A stretch of 64,000 bases of DNA, taken from assembly GCF_009914755.1 (NCBI RefSeq), contig NC_060935.1; one strand, 5' to 3'. The number at the start of each line of letters is the position of its first letter. The stretch's first letter is position 1. A program made the position numbers and the translations under genes. The notes below the pieces were generated by a model, which saw only the letters and a list, made by a program, of their open reading frames with translations, ran no database searches and had not been told where the DNA came from. Origin of the DNA: the human T2T-CHM13v2.0 reference genome, Homo sapiens. Positions 37,456-62,750 of this stretch are shown here, piece after piece.

Positions 37456-38339
37456 AATCCAATGGCCACAGCAGGTGAGGTGGCTGCAGCCCAAGGACAA
37501 CAGGCCTTATTATTGTTGGGGAGGCAGCAGCTGCTGGTGCGGAGGAGATGATAAAGTTGATGTGGCCATAATAACTGGAGGGGGGAGGTAAATGAGTTTT
37601 CTGCAATAATCGGTGAGATCGTCCTTCATACCCCAAAGGGACCATAGTGGCAAGTAGAAAGAAAAACCACTGCAATCTATAGAATTAGCCATTCATCATG
37701 ATTCTGAATTGTGGACTGAGCTCTACACACACTTCGAGAGAAAGAGGCTCGTTAATCCAAGGTGTTTATAGGTGAGCAGCCCCTTCCATGGCCCAGGGAA
37801 GCTAGAAAATAGAAAGAAACCAGTAACTGGCTGCTAGAAACAAGAACCACAGATCTATATGTCATTGCAACATCAGAGCTCCAGCCTTTGGGTTCCCTTT
37901 CTCGGTTATTCAAGAAGGCAGTTCCATCTTGGATTCCCATGGGTGTAACTAGGATTGCTGTCCACTTGGGGGTGGGCATATAGAGATAAGGAGAGAGACT
38001 GTTGATCAGGAGTGAGGACTCTGTGACAGCCGATCAGCTCAGCTCATGGAGGCTGGTAACCTCCATGTTCTCTGATGCTTTGATACTGCTTTCTCTGTGT
38101 CACTGACCAGCTCCTCATTGAGAACAATAGCAAATAGAAAATGAAATCTCGTATTTGAGAACAATCACACATAATAAATGAAGATAGATACGAAATAAAA
38201 GTGTCTATTCAATCACACACAAACAAAGGTATTTTGCCTGGATATTCATGAAACTGAAAAGTAGGTTCTTTTATTTAGAATTTAGAACAGAATGACTTTG
38301 CTCTTACTACATAAATAAATGTTTAAACTACACCTAACT

Positions 38340-39731
<1,392 letters not shown>

Positions 39732-39738
39732 TGACTCT

Positions 39739-40114
<376 letters not shown>

Positions 40115-40221
40115 TCATACTGTGGCTATCAAGTTGATTATGTGAGTAATTTCTCACACCTGCACAGGAAGTTGACCCCTCTCCTCACTTCCCCTCCCCT
40201 CCCCTTCCCTTCCCTTCCTTG

Positions 40222-40961
40222 TGTTACAGTCTGGTCTTTGTTCTTAGAGCTCCCGAGATGGTGGCGGCCGGCTCCCAAGGTGGCAGCAAGACTTTTGTTC
40301 TCTGACCTGGGGTTCTTGGCCTCCTGGATTCCAAAGAATGGAACCTTGGGGCCATGCGGTGAGTGTTGTGGTTCTATTAGAAACCGTGGGTCACGGAAGA
40401 GAACTGTGGAACCCAGTGACTAGTGTTCAGCTGGATTAGGATGAACCTGGGCACTTAGCAGTGCAGGAGCAATAGTGAGCCTCTAGCCCGATCCAGCAAT
40501 GGGTGCCTCGCTGGATCAGAAGTGCAGTGGACACCCTGCCTGATCCAGAGTGGTGGAAGTCAGTGGCAGGTCTGTGACAGCGGCATTCAGCAGTGGTGGA
40601 CAGCTCGAGCCAGAACAAACACATACCAGAAGAGTGAGCAGTTGCAAGATTTAATAGAGTGAAAACAGAGCTCCCATACAATGGAAAGGGACCCAAAGGG
40701 GGTTGCCACTCCCTGCTCAAATGCCTGGGTTTAAATCCCGATCATTGTCCCTCCCTTTGTGCTCTCAGGCGATAATATGATTTGACTATTTCTTTACCTC
40801 CTGCTTTTAGCCTAATTTGTATTTTAGTGAGCCCTCTTTACTACCTGATTGGTTGGGTGTGAGCTGAGTTACAAGCCCTGTGTTTAAAGGTGGGTGCAGT
40901 CACCTTCCCCAGCTAGGCTTAGGAATCCTTAGCCTAGGAAATACAGCTAGTCTATTCTCTT
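40222..40961 (-). mobile_element. LTR17 (HERV-W) solo LTR
   Basis: Minus strand matches LTR17 as recalled: ctagctg..ttcctaggc..aagcctagctggggaaggtgac..ccaatcaggtagtaaagag..gggagctctgttttcactctattaaatcttgcaactgc..gtaaca. Confidence 0.88.
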
Positions 40962-40994
40962 TCTTCCTTCCTTCCTTCCTTCCTTCCCTTTCTT

Positions 40995-41285
40995 TCTTTT
41001 TTTTTTTGAGACAACGTCTTGCTCTGTCATACGGGCTGGAGTGCAGTGCTCTGATTGTGGCTAACTGCAGCCTCAATCTCCCAGGCTCAAGCGATCCTCC
41101 CACCTAAGCCTCCCTAGTAGCTGGGAAAACAGGCAAATACCACCATTCCCAGCTAATTTTTTTTGTAGAGACAAGGTTTTACCATGTGCCCAGGCTCAGG
41201 TCTTGAACTCTTGAGCTCAAGTGATCCACTTGCTTCTGCCTTCCAAAGTGCTGGGATTACAAGTGTGAGCCATAACACCCAGCCC
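40995..41285 (-). mobile_element. AluJ
   Basis: Alu with a CCTT-rich tail. Confidence 0.88.
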
Positions 41286-42968
<1,683 letters not shown>

Positions 42969-43910
42969 CCCTCTTAGTAGTTAAATACCTTATATTAACA
43001 ATTTATTCTTTTAAATTTCCCTCGTTCAGATTACTGGTGTGATTACTGTCTCCTGACTGGACCCTGACTGCTATAGAATTGGTACCTGAAAGTGTCACAG
43101 AAGACGGATTCTAAAAGATGGGTTTTGGGATTGGGTGAAATGTTGAGGTTTTTGCTGATGGGAATTAGATGCTAGTAACCCATGCATGCAGCAACATTAC
43201 AATTAAGCTATCACCTCTGATTAATTGCAATTAAATGCTAATTAGGTAACTGTTGTGGGAGCTTATACAGCTGCTGCACTTGACCATTATAGATTCTTCC
43301 GAGTGTGTTGGAGTGCTTAGAGAAAGAAAAAATGACAAGCTCAAGTCCTTTAACTCTTAGATAAAATGATGGTCTTAGAATCATACAACTAATATGGCAG
43401 CAGTAAAGTATCTCATTTCTTGTAGTGATAGGGCTAATGCTGAAAATCAAACATAAAACTTTTTTGCAGAATTACAGCATTAGTTGAATTCACAGCTCTA
43501 CCAAGTATCTCATGTGAGAGTTAGGGCATTCATTGGGAAATAATGGCTCCTTGAAACTTGAGATGAGAACATCTGATTGGATTCAGATTAGCCTGAGAAT
43601 CTCTGACTCCTGAGACACTCTAAGCCTCCCTTACCAGTAGAAGTACGTTTCCTTCTTGTGTTGAGATGTCTAGCTTTCCTGTGATAATCTCAGGGGAGCA
43701 TGCATTGAAAAAGGATGTCCTTTGTTCCCAAGCACAAGGACCCTCTGTTTCCATCAGTCCCATAACTACAGCTGTGTGTCAATATGCTTATAGTGCCAGA
43801 AAAACTGGATGGTAGTAGGTTATACACCTAAAGAAATTACAAGGTTTTGTGAATATGTGTCAGCAGAAACTGAAGAATATGTATGAAAATAGATTCTAAA
43901 GGTATTAGAT

Positions 43911-44259
43911 CAGCAGTCCCCAACCTTTATGGTACCAGGGACTGGTTTCGTGGAAGATAATTTTTCCATGGACAAATGGAGGGGTGGGGATGGTGGTTGG
44001 TTTTGGGATGAAACTATTCCACCTCAGATCATCAGGCATTAGATTCTCATAAGGATCATGCAACCTAGATCGCTTGCATGTATAGTTCACAATAGGGTTC
44101 ACACTTCTGTAAGAATCTAATGCTGCTGCTGATCTGACAGGAGGTGGAGCTCAGGCAGTAATGCTTTCCTGCCTGTTGCTCACCTCCTGCTGTGCTGCCC
44201 AGTTCCCAACAGGCCACAGACCAGTACCAGTCCATGGCCTGGGGGGTTGGGAACCCTTG
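43911..44259 (-). mobile_element. MER1B hAT-Charlie element
   Basis: cagcagtccccaacc...ggttgggaacccttg termini; degenerate 8-bp TSD tattagat/gattagac. Confidence 0.85.
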
Positions 44260-44539
44260 GATTAGACCAAAGAGGACAGAATATCAAAATGGGTTAAATG
44301 ATATGATATGGTTGCACTTACTAGAGATTTCAGATTTAATGTATTAGCTCATGCAGCTGTAGGTGTCTCTAATAGCATGCTTGATGGATTTACTAAAACG
44401 TGGACTGACTGGACTGACTGGTGGTCTGTGTCAATGAGGTTGATGTCAGAGCTTCCTTAGCATGATGTAGAAAAGGGAACCCACAGGCTTAGGAAGATAG
44501 GAAGTTTGGAAATGGGTTTATTTATTTATTTAATTTTTA

Positions 44540-44845
<306 letters not shown>

Positions 44846-45119
44846 TGCAGAAATGGGTTTATTATATGCAACTGCATGCCTACCCTTCAATCACAGCCCT
44901 TTTAAGTCTTGACACACTTCCAGGGTTACCTGTACCCTAGTTTGAAGGCCACTGCTTGAGTTTGACAGCAACTCAAGAGGGATGATACAAGATCAAGAGG
45001 GATGATGCAAGATCTAGAGAGGTTTTCTTGTTTTTGCTTTAAACCAATAGACTTAAATATGTTAAAGATCTGGGTAGAAGAAGTCAATAGACAGGGAAAA
45101 TGAAAATCTAGTCATGAGA

Positions 45120-45121
<2 letters not shown>

Positions 45122-45155
<34 letters not shown>

Positions 45156-45167
45156 ACACACACACAC
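45122..45167. repeat. (CA)n microsatellite
   Basis: About 23 units with one TA interruption. Confidence 0.95.
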
Positions 45168-45770
45168 CCCACAGCAACTATCTAAAAATATGGTCCTGAG
45201 GATCCTGTGTGAATGTGGCAGGGTTATATCTCCAGGAATTCACTTGTTGGTTTATTTTCTTACCCCCTTCCCTTCCATTCTCTCACTAGGGAGGACACTT
45301 TATTTCTCCTCCCCAGAGCACTATGATGGCCATGAGTTACTTTGTGAGCAGAAACAAAAGCTCAAAGAAGAAAACTGCGGAAGCTTTAACTTCCAGGACC
45401 TATATAAGACTCTGGCTGGGCAAGAGTGGAGGAAGATATGTAGAAAATTAGGTTTGAAAAGATGAAGAAAGAAGGATGTTTTCAGTCCACGAAAGCAGAC
45501 TAAAAACAGCTTCTTGCCCCTAACCACCCAGTGCTCCAATATCCCACCCAGTTCTCACCTCTGCCTGCTCTCTGTCTATGATTAACCTACCTTGTAGCAT
45601 TCTCATGCTCTAGTAAGTCTCCTCCTTTAGACACCCTGTGGTAGGGGTGATGTATCCCCCTCCAAGTTGGGATGGAAAGACCCAGCTGGAAATTTCCCTA
45701 TGTACTGGGCCAAAGTGGACATAGAACCTTGATGCTTGTGTAGGTAGGCCATACCATTTTTTTTCGATAA

Positions 45771-46090
<320 letters not shown>

Positions 46091-46153
46091 TGACACTGCT
46101 AGTCTTTATGCACAGAAACAAATTGTTTACCTCTTGAGTGCCTATCTATAGGG

Positions 46154-46437
46154 TTTTTTTTTTTAATTATACTTTTAAGTTCTGGGGTACATGTGCATAA
46201 CTTGAAGATTTGTTACATAGGTATACACATGCCATGGTGGTTTGCTGCACCCATCAACCCGTCATCTACATTAGGTATTTCTCCTAATGCTACCCCTCCC
46301 CTAACCCTCGACCCCCAACAGGCCATGGTGTGTGATGTTTCTCTCCCTGTGTCCATGTGTTCTCACTGTTCAACTCCCACTTATGAGTGAGAATATGCGG
46401 TGTTTTTGGTTTTCTGTTCTTGTGTTAGTTTGCTGAG
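46154..46437 (-). mobile_element. 5'-truncated L1PA (L1PA7-like) 3' UTR
   Basis: ttatacttttaagttctggggtacatgtgc...gctgcacccatcaacccgtcatctacattagg; TSD agtg(c/a)ctatctatagg. Confidence 0.88.
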
Positions 46438-46987
46438 CAGTGACTATCTATAGGTTTTGAGTTGTTTTTAGAAATAGTAATTGGGTAGACTGATGATTGG
46501 ACTCAGGAGGTAAAATTTAAAACATGGACCTTATGAGAATTATATGTATGACTTTGGCCTCATTTATACACACACCCCACAAAATGGAAACAACACAAAT
46601 CAAGAAACCCACTTACTTCTGGGCAGCTTATAGGGGCATTGATTTAGGACATGAGTTTTAAATATATTTTATATAAATACCTTTTTTGATACATATTACC
46701 TTTATAGTAAGACTGATGGGTTATAGAGAGACCTGCAAAAGCAACAGGGAAACAAACAAATGTATAAATGTAAAAGAATATGAGTTACATATTTTCAAAC
46801 ACTGTGCCATTACAAATAAGGTCTGTAAGGAGCTGTATACTTGCTACCTCAAATATATTCCAAAGAAATGATCCTGCCTTTGAGGAACACAGAGGCTGAT
46901 CATGAGAGACCATTGGCGCTCCCTTCGAGGCATCATTGCCTTTTTGTCATATTGCGCTTCTTGGTGGCGGTTCGAAGAATAAATGCT

Positions 46988-47600
<613 letters not shown>

Positions 47601-48277
47601 AAAAACAAATGCCATAAATTTGGAAAGAGTGTTGAAATATCTAAGTTGCTAAAGGTCTAAAAGTAGATTCTCAGACTTTCAGGACTCTTAAAATGCTCCT
47701 GATCTGTTTAACTAAATTTTAGTTAGTTTAATACTTAGGCCCTTTCTAAGGAATTTGGTACCAACATATAACTAGGCTATATGAAGGTCTAATTGAAGGT
47801 CTATGTGAAGATTGAAGGTCTAATCAATACAGACCACCAAATCCATGTTTTGAATCATTTTTATAGTTAGTGGCAGTACAAAAGGGTTGTAAAATTTGAA
47901 CTTTATATAAATACTTGAATATAAATATTGTGAACATATATACAGGTGTAAAAATATAAAAACATTTTCCTAAAGAGGAAAAATGGTCAACTGTGCATTA
48001 AGCCATTTTAATACGTGTTTACATTGAAAAAGAGACATTTTGATATCAGTTTGTATCTTCTATGAAGCCTGTTCTAGAGTCTTTTGGATGATGTACTGGT
48101 TTTTGGATGATGTAATCGTTTTTCTTGTATAGCCTTAGGAAAATTTTTCATTAACTCTAGAAAGAAACAGACTGTTCCATACTTGGATCTATGTTAAAAA
48201 AATGAAGAGCTGTGGCATAAATGAAGGTAAATATAATTTCCTCATTTTTAACCGCCCTGAAAGATAACTGATTTCCT

Positions 48278-49902
<1,625 letters not shown>

Positions 49903-50560
49903 GAAGTAAAATATATGATAACATAACACAGAGGCTGAAAGGCCTATACTGTTACAAGGTTCTCATGCAACACATGAAGTGGTATAATATTATTTGAAGA
50001 TAGACTGTGATGGATTAAAGATGTATATTTTAAACCCTAGGTTAAGCACTAAAAATGTATGTGAATGAAGTACAAATAGTGAGCCAATAATAAAGATGAA
50101 ATGGACTCATTAAAAATACCCAAATAATCCAAAACAATATAGAAATAGAGGAAAGAGGAATCACAGAACCAAAAAGAAAAAAAAAAACTACAAAAAATTA
50201 AGGCTGAGCACAGTGGCTCATGCCTGTAATCCCAACAATTTGGGAGGCTGAGGTGGGAGGATCACTGATGCCAGGGTTTGAGACCAACTTCAGCAACATA
50301 GGAAAATCCCATCTCTACCAAAAACAAAAACAAGTAAAAGAATCAAAGAACAGATGGAATAAATGGAAAATGACTACGAGATGGAAGATTTTAATTCAAC
50401 CATATCAATAATTACAAAATAGTCTAAATGTACCAATTAAAAGACAGAAATTATCATTTGGATAAAACTCAAGATTGAATTTTTTAAAAAAGCTCAAGAA
50501 TATACTGTCTACAAGAAACCCATTTCAAATGTCAAGATATAACTAGGTTAAAAAAAACTA
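49903..50560 (+). mobile_element. L1M fragment with Alu left arm (~50202-50330)
   Basis: atatcaataattac...ccaattaaaagacaga...tgtctacaagaaacccattt resembles the start of L1 ORF2. Confidence 0.65.
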
Positions 50561-50804
50561 GCCTAATCCCCTGTTTATTAGCATCAACAAAACGTCTAAT
50601 ATTAGGCATTACTGCCATCTCTTCTCCACCCACAATTAGACTGCACAAAAATATAAGAGCCTCCAAAGTAAACAGGAGACCTAGTCCTTGATCTCCATAG
50701 TAGCCAGAGTTTCACTTGCTCCTTCCATTACTATACGATGCCATTTTCACTTCCTCCTCATTTGTCTTTGAGCTTTGTTGCATTGGGTAGGAAGAGAAAC
50801 GTTC

Positions 50805-51104
50805 TTTTTTTTTTTTTTTTTGAGATGGAGTTTCCCTCTTGTTGCCCAGGCTGGAGTGCAATGGCACAATCTCGGCTCACTGCAGCCTCCACCTCCAGGG
50901 TTCAAAGCAATTCTCCTGCCTCAGCCTCCCGAGTAGCTGGGATTACAGTCGCCCGCCACCATGCCCGGCTAAGTTTGTATTTTTAGTAGAGACGGGGTTT
51001 CTACATGTTGGTCAGGCTGGTCTTGAACTCCCAACCTCAGGTGATCCACCCACCTCGGCCTCCCAAAATGTTGGGATTACAGGCGTGAGCCACTGTGCCT
51101 GGCC
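50805..51104 (-). mobile_element. AluSp-like
   Basis: TSD gagaaacgttcttt. Confidence 0.92.
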
Positions 51105-51763
51105 TGAGAAACGTTCTTTACAATGGTCTCTTCTACTGACCACAGGCTCAGCTACAGGGAACCCTACCTTTATTACCAGGGCTACAGCGCTTGGTGACAT
51201 AGATAACACCCATCTGAGGTCCTACCTTTTCACAGCTCCACTATTTGTAGAATATAATAGTTCTCCATCCTTCCCAGTCTCAAAACTCTTAGATAATTCA
51301 GCTCTATCCTGCTCTTAGCCTCAATGGAAAAACAAAAGTGTCTTAACTTTTCAGTGGTGATCAAGAAGCCCCAGCCTTCAGCTTAAAAAGCTCTGGCTTT
51401 TCCCTTTAAAGGGGACTGCTCTGTGGTGGTAAGGAAGTGCCTGTGCATCAGTTAGACTTGCATTCACAGGCAAATAACAGAAAAACCACCTGTAGTCCCT
51501 TGACCACATAGAGGTTTAATTTTCTTCACTGAAGTCTGTCTGTATCAGATAGCTGCTGACCTTGGTTCTACAATTTGGTGATGTCAGAGTCCATGTATCT
51601 GTGCTTGTCCTGACTTTTCTCTCATGGGTACAAGATGACACTGTAGATTCAGCCATCAATTCTGCATTCAAGAGAAAAGGAAGTGGGTGAAGGAGAACAC
51701 AGACCTTATGTGTTCTTTCTTCAGCGAAGCAGAAGTTTTTCCGAACCTGATCTTCCTTGATCA

Positions 51764-52193
51764 TGTTAAATGAAAAACCTCAGTTGCATTAAATTTAAAA
51801 GAGCTTAATTGGACAATGAACGATTTGCATATTGGGCAGCCTCCTGAGCCAGAGTAAGCTCAGATACTCCAGTGCAGCCATGTGGTGGAAGAAGATTTTT
51901 GGATAGAAAAAGGCAAGTGATATACAAAAAATGGAAGTGAGGTATAAAAATAGCTGGATTGGTTACAGTTTGGCATTTGCCTTATTAGAACACAGTTTGA
52001 ATGCTCAGCAGTGTATGAGTGGTTGAAGAATGGCTGCTGGGATTGTCTGAGACTCAGCTCTTATTACAGACACATACTCCTAAATTAGGTTTTCAATCTT
52101 ATCTACCTACTAAGTTAGGTTACTGTCCATTCACAAGGGCTCAAATATGGAAGCACAGAGTCATTCTCAGGCCATATTTAGTTCGCTTTAACA
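51764..52193 (-). mobile_element. MER57-family ERV1 solo LTR inserted in an old MLT1-type LTR
   Basis: Minus strand starts TGTTAAAGCGAACTAAATATGGCCTGAGAA; perfect TSD atca. Confidence 0.85.
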
Positions 52194-53088
52194 ATCATCA
52201 GGCCTCATGATGTCCCATGGGCCAGAACTGGGTCCCAGGGCCATCTCTAGATGCAAGGAAAAACAGAAAAGCAAGTATTCTGCTTTTCAGGCTGTATAGT
52301 GGGAGGCATAAATGGATAAGAGGTTTGGGAATGGCTTTGAGTAGCTGTTCAACATTATGTTTCATAATCCCTTGTTCCTTCCTGATGAGTAGAAAACAAG
52401 GCAGAGTTAATTTCTCAAACACAATATGCTGGTACTTGGGTCAGAGCAGCGCATTACATACATATGACGTCCAGGCACTGCAAATAAGAACCACTGTACT
52501 CCAGCAGGTCACAAAAAAGAGAACAGAATGAGTTGTGCATCAGAAATGGGGAAAGTAGTCAGAGGACAAGAAGTATTAGAAGGAATGGGAGTGAAAAGGG
52601 GAAGAATCACAGAGACTCTGACCTAAAGAAGCATAAACAAAGTAACAGCCTGAGGGCTTGGGACCCCAAGGCCCAATTCAGGAGCACAAAGGGAAGAAAC
52701 TTCAGAGGCTGTGCTGTAGCCCTGGGCACCATATTTGTCAGCACCACCAAGAGCATCCTCTGCAGGCTGCTCATACCTAGCTGGGCAGGATTTGAGGAAT
52801 TATGAGGGCCAAGTTGGTGAATACTGCTTTCTGTGTTTTTGGTGTTACCTTATGCCTGGACTGGAGTGGAAACACACAAGTTACACAATTAAATCTGATA
52901 TATCAATAAAGTTGCATTTGACATATATGTAGTTTCTTTATGATTTTGAAGAAAAACATACTTTACATAAATAAGAACTATCTAGTCATTGAAAGGTCAC
53001 TGGAAATAAAAACACAGAGGACAGGGAAATTAAAATAAACTCTCCACTAAATCACTAAATTTCATATTACAATTCCATAAATTCCAAT

Positions 53089-54652
<1,564 letters not shown>

Positions 54653-54869
54653 TAAAGCTTTTATGCCTACCTCTAATAGGTCCACTCAGAATGAGGGGTG
54701 TGCAACTGTCTTGAGAGTGTTACAGAACTCTGCTATCTACATTTGTGTAGCTGGAGTTTTCATTTCCAAAAAGTTTACCAGAAGGCATAACTTTCTTCAC
54801 TCCCTTTAATGATACCAATCTAGGTTTGTTCCGTGTCTGATATGTTATTGCAGTTTTCCCTTATACCCT

Positions 54870-56760
<1,891 letters not shown>

Positions 56761-57163
56761 ACAATTTTGATCAGATGTCCATTCTATGAAGATCTGTTTC
56801 TATCAGTCTCCCCAGCTTGTATTGTAAATTTTATGGAAGTAAGGATGTCTCTTTTAGTCATCATTTTATCTTGATTTTTTTGTCTCAGTGCCTGGCACAT
56901 AGCAAATGCTCCATAATTATTTGTGGAATATTCCATTCTGTTCAGATAATTTCAAAGGAATTGATTGTGAGGATTTCTCTTGAGGTTGTAGAGTGAGGAT
57001 TCAGTGGTGATTTTAAGGGGATGGGAAAGTGATTTATAACATCATCAAAGAACCACTCTTCTATTTTATCTTGAGAAATATTCACTTTTAACATTTCAAA
57101 TTTCAAAATTTTGGTGTAAGTGTTTCAAGGCAATGTCAGCATGTACAAGAAACATCTGAAATG

Positions 57164-57460
57164 TCTGGGCGCCGTGGCTCTTGCCTGTAATCACAGCACA
57201 TTGGGAGCCCGAGGCCAGTGGATCACCTGAGGTCGGGAGTTTGAGACCAGCCTGGCCAACATGGTGAAACCCCATCTCTACTAATAATAGAAAAATTAGC
57301 TGGCTGTGGTGGCACACACCTGTAATCCCAGCTACTTGGGAGGCTGAGGCAGGAGAATGGTTGAACCAGGGAGGCAGAGGTTTCAGTGAGCCAAGATTGC
57401 ACCATTGCACTCCAGCCTGGGCAACAGAGTGAGACTGTCTCCAAAAAAAAAAAAAAAAAA
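57164..57460 (+). mobile_element. AluS
   Basis: Full Alu. Confidence 0.92.
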
Positions 57461-58284
57461 GAAGTGAGGGACCGGTCATAGAACAGAAGAGGAGGTCTGA
57501 GTGGATAAACTGCTCCTTTCAACCAACCCTCCTATTTTCAGCCCAGTCTTATACCCCTGTCTTCAAAGGTGTTTTCTCAAAAAAAAATCTTATATTTGGT
57601 AACCTGAGATTTAGAAATACATGCATGTTATAACTATTACTTGGTGTGTAAAGAATTAACTTTGAGAGAAGCCATGAGAAGGAAATAGAATTTCCCCTTA
57701 GGTTGTTTTCTTGAGAGAGGAAACCAAAATGTGTCAGTGTTTCAAGAGCTGGTCCTGTACGTTTGAGTATGTTTCCTGTGCATGCTCACTGAATTAGGCA
57801 ATAGTATTGATTTTAGGAAAGGTAAGAGCTAAGATTACTCATTTGTTCACATTAGGTCAGATTCTCCCTTTGCCTAACTTCCTGGAAGCGCATTCAATAT
57901 CGTGAAAAACATGGCAATTTTTTCACAGATCATTAAGGAACATTTGGTAAATTACTGCTTTAGTGCATAAAATAGCCTGCACTATCCCAAAAGTTTTAAT
58001 GTAGTTTTCCGGTGGTACGTAATTTGCTCTGAGTATGTGGATTGAAAATCTGGCTCAGTGAACAGAAAAGTAGACTGAGTAGCCACATGCCCAGTGGAAT
58101 CATAATTAAAATTAGGCCAACCAGACACAGAGATGATTGGAATATACTCAGGAGGAAATAGGGACATTTGAAGAGGTCACAGGACTTCTGTCATGTTAAA
58201 TACACTCCTGACAATGACAGAGGATAAAAATTGGCTTCCTGAGGAAAGGGAGAAACATAATTGAGAAACAAAAAAGAATAATGA

Positions 58285-58863
<579 letters not shown>

Positions 58864-59484
58864 TATTAATATGCAGTGTGTTTACCATGCAAATTATCAT
58901 ACCTAGGGAAAATGTTAGGAAATAGAAGAAGAACTTGGTCTGTGAGTGATTGAAGATTTTAACAAAAATGGAAACTGTGACATACAGCAATAGTACTGAA
59001 CTCCTCCAAACCTTCATTATCCCTGAAGCTGCAAACCCTGGAAACTGCACTAAAGACTCTCGTGTGCTCGTGCACCTTCCTCCCACCCTTAGAACAGAAA
59101 AGGGAGAGGAGAGTCACACAGTCACAGCCAAAGGTAGAAAAGGGCCAATTGGCTGTTACTCTCATTTTGGCCTCACAGGCCTGGAAGCTGACTTGACCTT
59201 TCCCTCTTAAATGTTGGGTCTGAAAAATGGTTATATTTTACATGTTCTAGAAGACAGAATTAGCTCTCACTCTAAGTACTTGTGAATATAAGCTTTAGTT
59301 ATTCAGGGTAAGGTAAACTTAGAGGATTATTTGTTCCATTTAAAGTCTATGCCTGAAAGTGTACTCATTCTCAATGTTATTGCCATCTCTGACACTGGCG
59401 ATTCATTAGTTTAGTCTTCAGCATCCCTGAGTGCCTACTATGTGCTGGTTGGTCTCTGTGCCAAGGGTTGTAAAGGTAAATCTG

Positions 59485-60670
<1,186 letters not shown>

Positions 60671-61955
60671 GTCTGCTAAGCAGGGACAAACATGCAAACC
60701 TATAATGCCAATAAAGTATTATAGGTACTCTGACAGAAGTAAGGGGGAAGTGGTCAGTTCTGTTGGGCCTACACTGGTGAGGCTTCAGAGGGGACTGTCA
60801 GGGTGAATCTCAATTGGCAGTCAGTAAGCAGCCATGGAGGGAGAGGGTGGAGGAAGAGCTCATGGCGCAAGTGCACAGAGGTGGGAAACACCTGGTGAAT
60901 TGAGGGACTACGAAAGAGAAAGAGTTGGAGAGTTCATTCCAAGGCCTAGGAGGCAGAGATGAAGGAGGCTGAAGAGAGAACAGGATAAAAAAACAGCAGA
61001 TGTTATAGACTTCCTCTGCAGAGTTATCAGTGAACAAGAAGACATATATTCTCTGAAATGTGAACAGGCCTTGTGCTTAAAATGGGGCGATAGTGACAAG
61101 TCAAAATTAGTCAGTCTGCTTCCTGGGTTTCATAAGCCAAAATGCATTTGTGCTGTCTTTGAAATGACAAAAATGATTCTTTGCTCTCAACTTGGTGTTA
61201 AGCTAGTAGAGTTCTTTACTTCTTGGAGTGACCCAAACTTTCATTTCCAAGGAATCTGAGTCCTCAGCAGTCCTGCCTATGTCTTGTTACTAGCATCCTG
61301 GCTGGGGAGACTGAGGAAATGTATCTGGGGTCACCTCTCTTCTCCTATTATGCTGAAATAACTCTTTTTCTTTTATACTCAGAATTAATCACCCAGTCTA
61401 TACCCAGACGTTCTTTTCTGTTTGCCAAAAAGTGGCAAAGTAAGAGTTTCACTTTCCTATTCAGTGAGCTCTTTAATATGTCCCTTGACTGAAACATTTT
61501 TTTTTTGTCCCTTTGGATTCTAAATCCTAAGGTCATTTCTCCTTCCAGGAAGGTGGATCATGAGATGTACTGCTTAGAGTTCTGCCCCTGGGAAGATTTT
61601 CCTTCTCAATTGTCTTTCAAGGCCGCCCCTAAGCGGGTGAAAGTTGCAACAATAGTCCTAATTGTGCTAGTGTCCTTAGACCAGGGAAGAGTCATCTGGA
61701 AACTAGTCTTGAACATTTTCTTCTTTAATCAGCAAGCCACAGGGAGTTTCCACAAGGCCGTATGTGTGGGCTGGGGTAGAATGGGTCTCCTCCAGCTCCA
61801 GGAGACAGTGCGCTCTGTCACGCCACAATCACTCACAGTGGGGAATTCCTCCCTCAAAGGTAGGGAATCTGATGCCTGAACAGCCAAGTGTCAGGCCTCA
61901 AGTCCTCCTTCACTTAAAAATTATATTTAAAAATTCATCTGAAAGTTTGTATTAC

Positions 61956-62750
61956 TTTTTTGTTTCTTTGTTTTGAGACAGGGTCTGGCTCTGTCATGCA
62001 GGCTGGAGTTCAGAGGCACAATCTTGGCTCACGCAACCTCCGCCTCCTGGGTTCAAGCAATTCTCCTGTCTCAGCCTCCCGAGTAGCTGGGATTATAGGC
62101 ACCAACCACCTCGCCTGGCTAATTTTTTGTATTTTTAGTAGAGACAGGGTTTCACCATGTTTGTCAGGCTGGTCTCGAACTCCTGGCCTCAAGTGACCTG
62201 CCCTCCTCAGCCTTCCAAAGTGCTAGGATTACAGGCATGAGCTACCACACCTGGCCTAACTTTGTAGTACTTTATAATTTCTTACAAATTTAAATCTTTA
62301 TTCCATCTGGAAGTTCAAGGTAGGGACCAACTTTATTCATTTTCCAAATGACTAGCCTGTTGTCTGAATAATGTGTTTCTTTTCCCCACTTTATTATATA
62401 ATCCAATCTCATTTGTATTTGGATCTGCTTCTGTTCTCACTATTTGGTTTTATTGATTATCTGTCCATTCCTGCAGCAGTATATCAGCAATAAATACTGC
62501 AGTTTAAATAACTGGCAAAGCTCTCCCTAATATTCTTCTGTGTTAGAATTTTCTTGGCTATTCGGGCATATTTTTATTTTCCAGACAAATTTTAATATTT
62601 TTTGCCAAGTTCCAAAAGAATTCCATTAGAATTTTGGAATTGTTATTGAGCTGTAAAAAATTTATAGATCAGTTTCAGAGAAAACTGACATATTTACAAT
62701 GTGTGTCTTCCAAGCCAAGAATATGACATATCTTTTTATTTGTATGTGTT
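61956..62750 (-). mobile_element. AluS (61956-62256) followed by an L1M fragment
   Basis: Alu sequence, then antisense L1 motifs (ttttcttggctattc, aatttatagatcagttt). Confidence 0.75.

Noticed and set aside
46914-46930. Possible CTCF motif
   Set aside because: Several mismatches in the core; not supportable without a PWM scan or ChIP data.
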